From Callorhinchus milii (lineage: Eukaryota): a DNA stretch of 64,000 nucleotides. The DNA lies in contig NW_024704742.1 of NCBI RefSeq assembly GCF_018977255.1, positions 12,588,001 through 12,652,000 of the forward strand. The letters run 5' to 3'. The first letter of the stretch is position 1; each line of letters begins with the position of its first letter. The notes under the pieces are model-generated. The model saw only the letters and a program-made list of their open reading frames with translations, was not told the DNA's origin and did no database searches. Shown in pieces: positions 1 to 13,200 of this stretch. The position numbers and the translations under genes were made by a program.

Positions 1-1075
1 CAGTGGCTGTGCAGTGCTGTGCTGTGCAGTGCAGTGCTGTGGCTGTGGCTGTGGCTGTGCAGTGGGGTGCTGTGGCTGAGCAGTGCTGTGCAGTGCTGTG
101 GCTGTGCAGTGCTAGTGCTGTGCAGTGCAGTGCAGTGCAGTGCAGTGCTGTGGCTGTGCAGTGCTGTGCAGTGCAGTGCTGTGGCTGTGCACTGCTGTGC
201 AGTGCTGTGGCTGTGCTAGTGCTGTGCAGTGCAGTGCAGTGCTGTGGCTGTGCAGTGCAGTGGCTGAGCAGTGCTGTGCAGTGCTGTGCTGTGCAGTGCA
301 GTGGCTGTGCAGTGCTGTGGCTGTGCAGTGCTGTGGCTGTGCAGTGCTGTGCTGTGCTAGTGCTGTGTAGTGCAGTGCTGTGGCTGTGCAGTGCAGTGCT
401 GTGGCTGTGCAGTGCTGTGCAGTGCTGTGGCTGTGCAGTGCTGTGGCTGTGCAGTGCTGTGGCTGAGCAGTGCTGTGCAGTGGCTGTGCAGTGCTGTGCA
501 GTGCTAGTGCTGTGCAGTGCTGTGGCTGTGCAGTGCTGTGGCTGTGCAGTGCAGTGCTGTGGCTGTGCAGTGCTGTGGCTGTGCAGTGCTGTGCTAGCGC
601 TGTGCAGTGCAGTGCTGTGGCTGTGCAGTACTGTGCTAGTGCAGTGCAGTGCAGTGCTGTGGCTGTGCAGTGCTGTGGCTGTGCAGTGCAGTGCAGTGGC
701 TGTGCAGTGCAGTGCTGTGGCTGTGGCTGTGCAGTGCTGTGGCTGTGCAGTGCAGTGCTGTGGCAGTGCAGTGCTGTGCAGTGCAGTGCTGTGGCAGTGC
801 AGTGCAGTGGCTGTACAGTACTGTGCAGTGCAGTGGCTGTGGCTGTGCAGTGCAGTGGCTGTGCAGTGCTGTGCAGTGCAGTGCTGTGGCTGTGGCTGTG
901 CAGTGCAGTGCAGTGGCTGTGCAGTGCTGTGCAGTGCAGTGCTGTGGCTGTGGCTGTGCAGTGCTGTGCAGTGGCTGTGCAGTGCTGTGCAGTGCAGTGC
1001 AGTGCTGTGGCTGTGGCTGTGGCTGTGCAGTGCAGTGCAGTGGCTGTGCAGTGCTGTGTAGTGCAGTGCAGTGGC
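1..1075. repeat. Complex minisatellite built from CAGTG / CTGTG / GCTGTG units (runs off window start)
   Basis: About 1.1 kb composed almost only of 5-6 nt units CAGTG, CTGTG and GCTGTG. It explains the Cys/Ala/Val/Gln-rich ORFs 3..1061, 470..1234 and 636..1286. Confidence 0.95.
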
Positions 1076-1125
1076 CGTCACACTGACACTGCAGCGGCCG
1101 CTCACACACTCGCTGCCTCTCCGCG

Positions 1126-1214
1126 ATGTCGGCGGCTGATCGTTCTCTCGCACACACCGCGGCGCAGCGCCAAACCGGGCGGTCCCGGACCGCAGCCCCG
1201 ACTCCCGGCACCGG
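1126..1214 (+). CDS. ANK-DHYC acyltransferase coding exon 1 ([30 protein letters not shown])
   Basis: ATG in gcgATG context inside a CpG-rich patch. Donor GG|GTGAGT leaves phase 2, which exon 2 requires. Confidence 0.7.
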
Positions 1215-4200
1215 GTGAGTGGGTGAGTGGGTGAGTGAGTGGCCGCCCCGCCCCAACCGCTCCTCTTTCCCCATCTTAACTCCCACTATTCTTTCCCATT
1301 ACTTCTCTTTCCCTTTATTATCTCCGGTCGCCCCTCTCATCTTTTCCCTTTTTTACCCCTTTGACTTGTTTTCCCCGTTCCTTTCCGTTGTTGTAAGAAA
1401 TACCCCCCACTCCCCCCTTATTCTCCATTAACTTCTCTCACTCCCCCCCCTCTCTCTCTTGTCTCTCTCTCTCTGCTTTCTTTCTTCCCACTTGGCGCTA
1501 TGGCCAGAGGTCAGTGTCACTGGCAATAGTGAGTGACTGGGGGTCAAGTTGCAGAAGCATAAATTGAGGGCTGTGCATTTTAGGAATAATAATTAAAATA
1601 AGAAAAATAATTGAGTTTACTACTTTTGAAATCTTTGCTGTTCTGTTACCGAGATGCGCTTTGGTACAATAAAGAAGGATTTTTATTGCAGGGATGTGGG
1701 AAGACCCTGTGTGCTTCAGTTATTGTTATTAATAATAATTGCATTTGATCTAGCACCTTATCATGTTGTCAAAATGTTTCAAAGTACTTCAAAGAACATA
1801 TTGTAAAGTGGCTTTGACTGTGGGTGAAACGTGGCAGCCGGTTTGCGCACAGCAGTGTTCCACAAACAGTCGTGGAGCGAGTGACCAATTTTATTTCAAG
1901 AATGAATGAACCTTTCGTCTCTCCCTGAGTTTGATTCTGAGGTGCTGTGAGCGTTGTGTGTGTGTGTGTTTACCAGTAGTTACCAGAATACCTGGTACTT
2001 CTTTTCCGGCAGGGATCTAAGGAGTCTTCAGGAGCTGGTGAAGCTGGAAGGTGTGGGAGCACTGGGGCAGTATGATGAGAAGGGATGCACTCCTGCCCAC
2101 TGGGCCGCTCTCAATGGATCCGCCACCCTCCTCACCTACTTGGTGGACTGCAAGGCACCCGTCAATCTGCCCTGCCGCTCGGAACCCGGCCAGAGACCCA
2201 TCCACTGGGCAGCTGTCAGCGGGTACTTAGGGGTCATGGACATCCTGCTGGAGGCGGGGGTTTGGCTGGACGAGAGGGATCACAGAGGGTGCACAGCTCT
2301 GATCATCGCTGCACAGTACGGACACATCACCCTATGCTGTTACCTGATGGGGAAAGGAGCCAGTCTGCAAATGTGTGACCACGAAGGAGACTCGGCACTG
2401 CACTGGGCGGCATTTCATGGTGAGTACAAGGTTCTGGCTTAAGGCCTCAGCAGTTTTAAGTCTTTTTGAAATTAAGAAAAATGAACAATCAATCTTGAAC
2501 CACGTGAATTTTTTAAGAAGTTCAGGATTGCATCACTTGCCTGAAATAAACTGTATCAGCACACAGCAGCCATTGACCTGATAACCTTGAATCTATTCAG
2601 AATCGGAATGCTAAGCTCCAGGCGGAAGCCCTGCGGCACTGTTGATTTCAGGGGAACCTCATGAGATATGTAGTGCAGTCCAGCCAATCCCAACACCTGC
2701 ACGTACCATTTTGCATTTCGCAGACTTTTTATCATAATAATAATCCTTGCACTTTATATAGCGGCTTATCACGTCTTCGAGACATCTCAAAGCGCTTCAC
2801 AGAGTATACTGTCAAATGAATTGACAGTATATTTTGTGGGCAAAATAGGGTGGGATAAGGCTATAGAAGTATTTAAAGGTAAGAATAAAGATCTTACAAT
2901 TGATCTGTTGGGAGCTAGTGGAACCGGGCGGGAATGGGGAAAAATAGAGAATACTTGCTCTCCCTGCTGGAAATCATTGTTTTCCAAATGGCAGCTTAAA
3001 CATCTCAAAGCACTTCACAGAGTAAGTCTTTGATAAGCCAACGCCTTGGGACGTCCTCCCGACGTGAAAGGTGCTATACAAATGTAATTTTGTTGTTGAT
3101 AAAGAAAATAGTCAACAGTCATTCCTCCCCCACCTTAAAATAAATCTTCCTTGCTCCCATCCCACAAAAAAAAGCAAACAATTATTCTTCAAACTAGTGC
3201 ATCCACGTACACCAGTACAATGATGTCTAAAAAAACAAAATGCTTGTAGCCCCTCTACTGTTACTTATTCTGTGATCTGATGCAAACTTCTCAACTCTGT
3301 TATTGTTGGGAGGTAGGAAGAGAGAAAGTCTGTCAGCCTGTCTGTGTAAAACGTAACATCAGTAAAGTACATAATTCCGTACAGTGTATTTTGGAATTTG
3401 TAGGGGTTTTTCCAGGAGGTTGGAATCAGGGGTGGGGGTGTAGGGGTATGAGGGTGGCCGAAGACATGGCCGAAGAGGAGGGTCTTGAGATATTCCTTGG
3501 AGGCAAGGGAGGGAGTGAAGTGAAGGGACTTTGGGATAGAGTTCCAAAGGGTGGGGACAGAGAGGCTGAAGGCCCGACCGCCATTGGTGGGGCGGGCCAG
3601 GCGGGGGACGTGGAGCCTGCTGAACGGAGGGAGCGGACATGTTAATATGGCGTTAGTAGGTGACAGAGGTAAGAAGAAGCAAGGCTGTGGCGGGTCTTGA
3701 AGGTGAGGATGGAGGATTTTGAACTCTATCCTCTGGGGGATGGGGAGCCATTGGAGCCGGGCTAGGGTGAAAGTGATAAGGTCACAGAGCTTGGTAAGGG
3801 AGAGGAAACGAGCTCCAGCTCTCTGGATGATTTGCAGCTTGTGAAGGGAAGAGTTGGGCAGATCAAAAAGCAAGCACGGATGTGCGGTAGAAAGCATCGT
3901 TGAGGGTCAAACAAGATCCTCAAGCAACACTAAATGCTTAGTAAAATAGCTCACCATAAGGTTACTTACAAAATCCCTGTACTTTAGGAGATATTTAACA
4001 CCTTAGATGTTTTACAAAATTTTAGTCCTGTAAACGTTGGAAGGTCATATGCCACTTTAAATTAAATTTGCTAGCATGATAAACTCTGGTTTTCTTGCTG
4101 GCCCTGAATTTTTGTCTTCTTAATTAAAGCTCTGTCAAAAGCAAACATCTGGCATCTCTCACATCGTGGAAAGTGGCCGTAACAATTAAGCAATTGGATT

Positions 4201-7200
4201 GATCTGTTCTGTTTCTGGAGGTATCACCTTATGTCAATGTCTGCTGCCTCAAGACATGAGCCAGGACCTATATAAATAAAAATAAAATTTACCTTCTTCG
4301 GGCAAATTTCCAGAAAAAAATCACTTCTGCTTTCATTTATTTTCAATGATCAACTACTGGCTATCTGGGGGGGTGGGGGAGGTAAACATTGGAACTGAGC
4401 TGATTCCAAGTGATGTGCTTGGTTATGGAATGTCAAAATTGAGCCTCTGTGGTGGTCTCGGTAGTCCGGTTCCTGAGCAAGGCGGGTCCGCAGGTCTCCA
4501 GGACGCCGATGATGAGGCAGGGATTCTTCCCAATCAGCTACTGTTAACCCTGCAAGCCAAAGCCCCCCACCCCTCTGTCATGTCTGCTGATTTGGGGCAA
4601 CAGAGATGGCTGAGGATAGTGCGAGTGAACAGGAGAGCCATTTACTCCACACAGATTTAATGAATCAATTTCATTTTCATACAGGGTGGAGTCCCGTTAC
4701 AATGCAGTGTTTGGATCCATAAAATACAATGCAATTAATATTCATACAGCGCCTCTCATATCAGGAGGACACTTCAAAGCGCTTAATACAGCTAAATAGC
4801 AAAAGGTGGTTTCACTGTACATGTGCACTGCTGGGTGACATTACTAGTAACCTTTTGAACTGGAGCTCAAACATTCTGACGTGAAAGCCATCTGTCGAGA
4901 GGAAAGATATTGAGCTGACTGTATACATGTTCATTCAGTGAATGGGGTCTGCAATGCAACCGCTTTACAGCAAAATTGGGGCCACAACAAAGTTTCATGA
5001 GGAGGATAAAAATTATTTTTGTTGTTGTAATGAGGTAACTCCATTCCTCACAAGTTCTTAACGGGACCTGTTTCTCCCTAGGTTTGGGTCGAGCTGACTT
5101 CTCACAGTGCGCCAATTTGTTTCATTCGGATTCCATGTTTATGAGTCGCGTCAAGAAATTCACTGTGTTATTCTCCAGCATGTCTAATCTGTGCAGTGTA
5201 GCAGGTTTATTCATCTCCTCCTGATTCTGAAATGTAATGTGGTGCATTTAAAGACTTATAGACTGTGCATGTGAAACTGTGCCAATCCTGGTACAAGTGT
5301 TGGATCAAATGTTGTAAAATCTAGCTGTATTTCCGGTTTATGGCTTCATTGGAATGGAGAGCAAACAGGACAACTACAGAGGGTCCGAGTAGACCTATGG
5401 GGCTCTGTATGGAACCACTAAAGGGCTAAACTGTTGTTGGCCAAATAGTTGAAGCACAGAGTACAAATGTATTTGTTACGTGCCTCCTGATAAAACACTG
5501 AACAGTTTTTATTCCTGACTTGTCTGATATTGCAATTGTCTGCTTGGATTTTTAGTAGTTTAAAAGAGCACCATATTCCAGGACTTATACATCCTCTCTG
5601 AAATTCCCCTCACTCTAGCCTTGTCCTGACTTTCCCATCTTCTTTTATATCTAGGACACTGTGAACTGACTCGCCTGCTGATATATTCTGGCTTCGATCC
5701 CAGACAACCAGATGCTTTTGGTCAGGTTAGAGATTTTTTTTTAAACAAGAAGTTTAATTTTCAGAATATGGTGTAAAAAGTATCCAAGGCAACATCCAAA
5801 ATTGGGGGTGTGTGGGAGTGGTGGGAGGGGTGGGGGATGGTCTGAAGACTCACACACCAATAGTGGGCCGCAAGATATGATCCAGAACAGAGTTAGCAGA
5901 GTAGAGGGAGTGGGCAGGGGAGTAAGAGCCAGGAGAGATTAGAAATAATAATAATAATCCTTGCATTTGATATAGTGCCTTATCACGTCTTTGAGATCTA
6001 GCGAAGCGCTTCACAGAATATACTGTAAAGTGAATTGACTATTGATTGTATATTTTGTGGGCGAAATATGGTAGGGTAAGGCTACAGAAGTATTTGAAGG
6101 TAAGAATGAAGATCTGTTGGGAGTTGGTGGAACCTGGTGAGAATGGGATGGAGGAATATTTGTTATACCTGCTGGAAATTATTATTTTCTAAATGGCAGC
6201 TTAAATGAGCCTTGCAACAGAAAACATACCACAAGGTCCTTCAGGTTTCCCATGTATATAACACTGAGCCACCACAACATATCTCTAACCCAAGACCTCA
6301 TTGGAGTTGAATTCTCAAGGGCCGTGTGTGCAAATTGGCTGCAGGGTTTACCTACAAAATGCAATCTATACACTTTACAGTAGATCCTTGTTGTCAAGTT
6401 CACAAACAACATTCCTCTCTCTACGTGACCAAGGCTCCCTCTGCCTCCTCGTTCTCCTGGACCACTCCACTGTGTTCGACACAGTCCACCATCCTAATCC
6501 ACCGCCTCTTCTCCCTCATTCACTTTAGTGGGACCACACTCGCCTGGTTCGAGTCCTACTTAACAATCCACCTTCACTTTATCTTTTCAAAAGGTTTCTC
6601 CTCCCGCCTCCACCCAGTCACCTGTGGTGTATCCCAGGGTTCCATCCTTGGCCCCCTCTTCATCCTCCTCTGTATGTTCCATCTTGGTGATGTCATCCGC
6701 AGACACGGGGTAAATATATTTGTAGATGACACACAAATCTACTTCTTCTCTTCCAGCTGCGACTTTAGGTCTGCCGATGTTCTCTCAGCTTGTCTGACAG
6801 TCATCAGGGCCTGAATGAGGGAAAACTTCCTACAATTAAATGTTGACCAGACAGAAGCCATATTCATTGGCTTCCGTCAACATCTTCTATCCTGGGGCTC
6901 TGACCTCCTCAACGTCCCCAGCCTCTTCCTCTGCTGAACCGGTGAGCAATCTATGCATCAGGTTCGACCTACAGGCGTCCTTCCTTCTCCACATCCACAT
7001 CCCTGAGCAGGACCGCCTTCCTCCACCTCCACCACATTGCCCACCTCCAACTGTACCTTACCCCAGACACATCCAAAACACTTGTCCATGCATTCGTCAC
7101 CTCCCGAATCAACTTTTGAAATGTCTTCCTCACCGGATTCCCCAGCTCCACAATCTACAAGATCCAGCTGATCCAAAACACCGCCATCCGAATCACACCA

Positions 7201-10200
7201 ATCAAGCCAGGCTCCACTGGCTCCCTATCACCAACCGGATTGATTTAAAATCCCTTTATTCCCTGGCACCTCTCTATCTCTCCAACCTACTTACCCCCCC
7301 ACAATCCACAACCCGCTGTCTTCGCCCGACTGGCTCCAGCCTTCTGCATGTCCGTCATACCTTCCGTTCCACCATTGGCGGCTGCACTTTCAGCCACTAT
7401 GCTCTGAAACTCTGGGACAGTCTTGTCCCTCCGCCTTGCCCTCTTTCTCTGAAGACCTTCCTCTTCGACCGTGCCTAAGGTCACCTCTCCCTCCCCCCAA
7501 CTCGGCATTGTGCTCTACCACTAACAAGGGCTCTGGAACGTTACCTTGCGTGAGGGGTGCTATGTTTTCGCCCACAAATTCTACAGTCATTGCACTTTAC
7601 AGTATATTTTGTAAAGCACGTTGAGATGTCTCAAAACCATGATAAAGTGCCATATCAAATGCAAGGATTATTATTATATAAATACATGTTGGCGTTGTTA
7701 TGCAATGAATGTATTATGTTGTAGTGTTTTGAGTAGGTGTCAGCCTGGCCTAGCTGGTTCCTCTGAGTCAGAAAGTTGTGGGTTCAATCCCCATGTCAGG
7801 ACTTTAGTTGTTTTGTAATAGCAGGAGTTAGAAGTGGTAGACTCACAGTCCAGTGCCTTTCTCAAATACTTCACAGTAAACCCAGTGAGACATTTTGATG
7901 ACATGAGAAGATGCTGCATCTAATGCAGGAACTATTAATATGGCCATTACCCTAATGTAAGTAACAATTATTCCTGCATACACAATTTGCTATCAATTAT
8001 TATGAGCAGTTGGGTGTAGATCTAATGTATTTTGATCGATAAACAGTTTACTCTTTATAAATAACAATAATCCTTGGACTTTATCATGTCATTGAAATCA
8101 CATCTCGAAGCGCTTCACAGAATATACTGTAAAGTGAATTGGCTGCATATTTTGTGGGCCCAATTGCGCACAGCAGTGTCCCAGAGTTTTGGATTTCTGT
8201 AACGAAGTGACATCCAGTACACAAAGGTCTTTAAACCTGCTGGCAATTTGTTGGTATCTTCTGTTTCTTGCTGTTTCTTGATGAGTTGAATTGACAGCAC
8301 TTTGCTGTTTAGTGTTAAACGGGCCTTGACTTAGAGGACCGACCTAGAAATCGGCAGCATGAGGGTATCTATGCATCTGCTGTGCTAATTTAAGAACTGC
8401 GGAGATATTATGTCCTTGCTGTATCCTTGCTGCAGTGACGGAGTTAGTTTTTCCTGCTTCAGTTTATCTTCCAAAGTTGGTCCAAGCAATTCCAGGGATT
8501 TCTGTTTCACTTCCACTACCATTCCCGTCAGTTGCTGAAGGGATTGATTTACAATGTGTCTCAGGTGCCTAGTGGCACCAATAAACGTTTAGCTGGCATT
8601 TGGTCTGTGTTTTAGAGCAATCTTCATGGAACGAGGCAAACGGATGATTTTTTTCCTTCCTAACCCAAGGACATTGAGATTGCTTATGGCACCCCATCTT
8701 CTGTCCTGCCTGAGATGAACTAACAGCACAAACTGAGATTCAGACCTGCCATCTAGACCCTACAACAACAGATTGCATTTATATAGTGCCTTTCTTGTTG
8801 GGAGGAAATCCCAAGGTGCTGAACAGTTGAGAGTTTGCCCACAAGTTAGGGGTTGGATTCAAGAGGGGTCGGGGCCAAGGAGTTTGGCGGTGAAAAGATG
8901 ACAGAAGGCATTGTCAAACATTTTGAGACAAGCCTTGAGGGAGGCAACAACAATATCAACAACAACTTGCATTTATATAGCGCCCTTCATCTGGGGAAGC
9001 ATCCCGGAGCGCTTGACAGTGGCAGAGTCTGACACCGAGCCAGTAAGAAGGCAGGGGGAGGTGATAAAAAAATCGAAAAGGTTAGGTAAGATTTGAAAGT
9101 GGGAAGGGAGGATCAAGGCGGAGGGATTGAGGGAGAGAGTTCCAGAGTTTTGAGCGTAGTAGCTAAAAGCACAGCCACCGATGATGGAGCGGAAGGGACG
9201 AGGGACAAACTGGAGGCCGGAGCCAGCCGAACAGAGGCAGCGGATCTTGAAATGGATCCGTTCAGTATTTGGTGGAGCCTGGCAAAGACTGGTGTGATGG
9301 GGGCATAGACTTTTATGCGGGTAAGAATCGGGGGGCAGAGTTCTGAATTAGTTGAATTTTGGGTACGGTGGAGTTGGTGAGACCAGCAAGGAGGACATTG
9401 GAATAGTCCAGCCAGGAAGTGACAAAGGTGTGGACGAGGGTTTTGGCTACTTTTGTTGTGAGGTATAGACGGAGGCGGGCAATGTGACGGAGGTGGAAAA
9501 ATGCCATTCCTGGTCAGGGAACAGATATGGGGTAAAAAGGAAAGCTGGGGATCGAACCTGACACCTAAGTTCCGCACGGGTTCAGTGAGTCTGAGGGAGA
9601 GCCCAAGGAGGTCAAGGAGTTCAGACCTGCAGGAGAGAAGAGGCAAGCAAGGGGGTAAGGTGAAAGGATTCTGGGATGGAGTCCCAGAGGGTGGTGGCAG
9701 AAAGCTGAATGGCTGACTGCCGATGGGGGTTGAGCAGGGTTGGGGGCTTGAAGCAGGCCAGTGCTGAGTGGAGGGAGTGGGTGGGTTGGTAGGGTTTAGA
9801 TCCTTAAAAGTGAGGATGAGGAACAATGAACTCAATCAGTGTAGTAAATAGTTCATGCCATTACGATGTCCAAAGGTGCATTTAAGGTGCTGGATGGACA
9901 GCCAAGCTACGGTGGGGGCAGTGGAGGATGAGGAGGGGAAAGATGACTGAAAGCACAATCAAAGAGTTACTTTTGAGACTTGCCTTGAAAGAGGGAGGAG
10001 ATTAGAGGAAGGGAGTGAGATTAAGGAAGGGTGGGTGGAGGTTGGGAGGGGGAAGCGGGAGTGAGGATGAGGGGCTCTTGGATAGAGTTCCAGAGAATCA
10101 AGGAAGACCGCGAAGATTCACACACAAGCACAGATGGAAGTAATCTAATATGGTTGTGCTTGCTTTACAGATCCCGCTACATTTAGCTGTCCTGAGTGGG

Positions 10201-13200
10201 GATTTCCTCACAGTCCAGGTGCTGTGTGACCAGGTAAGGTAGAAACAATGAATGCAAACTTTAATCAGGTGAAACATTTAAATATAAAACAATTCTTTTT
10301 AACAATCAGGATATTTATACTATTGCTCCCCATGGGGCTGTTCATTAATTGAGATATCTCTGACTTGTTCAAGGTCCATCTCAAGACCTATATCTTTGAC
10401 CACACTTTCTATCATCTATCTCCTATTTCCCAACCCCTTGGCAACCACATTCAGAAATTCCCAGGAATCTGTTCCAATGCAATGTGGTGAATTTTTTTGG
10501 GGGGTCAGTCGGGTGTCTGACACAAGGAGGAAACCCATCACAAATGCTTCGGAGTATCCAAACCAAGTTGAGAATTCCATGCATCCCACCTACACATGGA
10601 AATCCCAGAGATAGATTGTTGGAATGGAATATGCACTCTCTCCCTGGAGAGACTCATCCTGCTTACCTAATTTCGGATTAGGTGCAGGTTGGCAAGAGCC
10701 AAGGCTTGGAGACCCCAGAGTGTGTGTTGGGTACTGCTAGAAACTGACCAGCTAAAACCGCATAGCCTACCATTGATATTGCTGTCCAGCAAGCTTTCCT
10801 ACTTCTTGCCAGGTAGGATCACTCTTCCCATTAGGGCTTTGGCTTGCAAGGTTAACTGAGTGGGATGATTCCCTCTTCCCAGTGACTGATCTGACCTTCT
10901 AGGTCCTGCCGATGAGCCAGGTTGGCTTGACATCTGGCAAGCGTAGGTATGAGCCCTCACGAGGTAGATGGTAAGTACCAACATGAAATGCGTAAGAGCA
11001 TTGCCATCATCTGATTAAAAAGACACAGAATTGGAAGATATTTTCTCCTTTTGGATTTCCTCTTTCCTTTTCTGACTATCATCTTCAAAGATTCAAACAG
11101 CACAAATTTAAATTCTGCCTGAGTAATTATTCTAATATATTCCTGCTGGTATTCATTCTGGCATTTGATATGTACCAAAACATTCCAGGCACATATTTAA
11201 GGATTGAGCTCCAGATTTTCTCCCATTGACCCTGTTCACATAACATTTTCTCAGCATTTCCTGTCAGAGAATCTTTCTGCAACACCTCCAGCTAACATGG
11301 CACGTGCTGGTAGGAGCTGTTCTTGAAATAATAATATAGTATTTGATATAGCATTTATCACATCATTGAGGTGTCTCAAAGCCCTTCACAGGGTATATTG
11401 TAAAGTGAATTGACACTGCATTTTGAACAATAAGCAGAGCATTTCTGACTTTCACACCATGCTTGAGTTCCATTGCAAATGTACCATTGATAAACAAATT
11501 CTGTCCAATCTGCTTCTTTTCAAGAAAAACAACTTGCAATATATATAGTTGACGGTTGGAGTCTATTGAGCCCCTATGCTATGGCTGTGTTTTCGTGTGG
11601 CTCTGAGATACTACCCTCCGTGAAGGGCATTTATATAAATGCAAGTTGTTGTTGTGGCCAATGATCAGCATTTACTGGTTGTCATCTTGCCACTAATGTT
11701 GCTGATGAGCCCTGCTGTGCACATGTGAAATAAGCCACTGGCCAGCAGAGACTTCTCCTGAGTATTTCCAATGTTGCTGGGTTGCCTTTGCATTTTGCAC
11801 AGAAAGCCAGCCAGTCAGCACGAGAAGCTTCCCCAGTATAAACGTCTGCACACTTTTAGTCCACAATATTTCCTTAGGCAAGTTTCCTTACTCCACACAC
11901 CTCTGTTTACCTAGCAGTGAGTAGAAACCCATCTGTCAATTGGTGGATCGTTCTCCGGGCAGTAATAATCCCTCCAAAAAAAAATAGTCACTCAATCCAC
12001 GAAGGGGTTTGTGGGACACTGCTGTGCGCAATTGATTGCCGTATTTCGCCCACAAAATATATAGTCAATCCACTTTACAGTATATTCTGTGAAGCACTTT
12101 GAGACGTCTGAATAACGTGATAAGATGCTATATCAAATGCAAGGATTATTATTATCATTATTAATATTATTCCCACAGTACACTGTATAACAGGATCACA
12201 CTGAACTGAACCACCTTTACACGTAGGATAAGAATCTCAAGGTGTTTCCCTAATACTTTCCCATGTAAAGAGAGATGTGATGAGGTATGTGTTGCTCAGA
12301 GTTCCAGGAGCACTTTGCTTGAACCTGTGACATGTTTATTTTGATGGGGACTCCTAATTTGGTTCAAATAGAACTGGTATTTTGTCCCCCAAGATCACTG
12401 CTCTTTGTAGAAGAAACCGAAACACTGTTGGACATGTAAAAACTACTGCACATTTGTGAGTTTGCTTCACCAAGTTACGATTTTATGTTATCCTATTCTC
12501 TGAAGCAAGTCAGCATTGCTATTTTATACATACATTTTATGGCAGGCTGGCTCAGCCAGAGAGGTGCATGGCAGTCAGTACACCTGGAAGCAGAAAAATA
12601 AATCAGTTAATGCTGATGCCTGAAGTAACTCCTGTCGCCAGTGTGGGGATCAAGTATATTGGTGCATTTACCTCCCTCTTGTAGATTTATTGAATCTATC
12701 ATTGCCATCTATCTTTCTGGCTGGCACAACTTGTCACTGCATTGTAGGTATGACCTGCCAATGTGTCAGCCTGGTTTAGTTGGTAGCAGTTCCAGCCTCT
12801 GGGTGAGAAGCTCGTGGGTTGAAGATTCATGTCAACAGTTTGAGCTCACAGTTTAGGCTGACATTCCAGTGCATAGAGAGCACTGCACTGTCAAGAGATG
12901 CCATTTTTCATATGAGATGTTCAACCAAGGTCCCAATCGCCCTGTTGTTTTAATTATTCCACAACACCATTCTGGTCAAAACCCTCCATTTTGTTTATGC
13001 ACCTCTTGGAATTGTATAGCCACAAACTGCTACCACATCTGTGTACAAAAGAGTCATTATACTCAGCATTATTTATTTATGAAACACTTTGAGACACATC
13101 AACATGACAGGTTTTTCTTATTACATTTACTAAAAAGTGTAGCAATCCCAAAAGACATCCTAGATTACTTACTCTTGTAACTTTACCTGTAACTGGTACC

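Noticed and set aside
3..1286. Long Cys-rich or His-rich ORFs (352, 254 and 216 aa)
   Set aside because: Translations of a repeat whose units lack stop codons; open in several frames on both strands, with no domain.
11702..11735. CTGATGA...GAAA hammerhead ribozyme-like core
   Set aside because: No stem II closing G-C pair and no convincing stems I/III or cleavage triplet.
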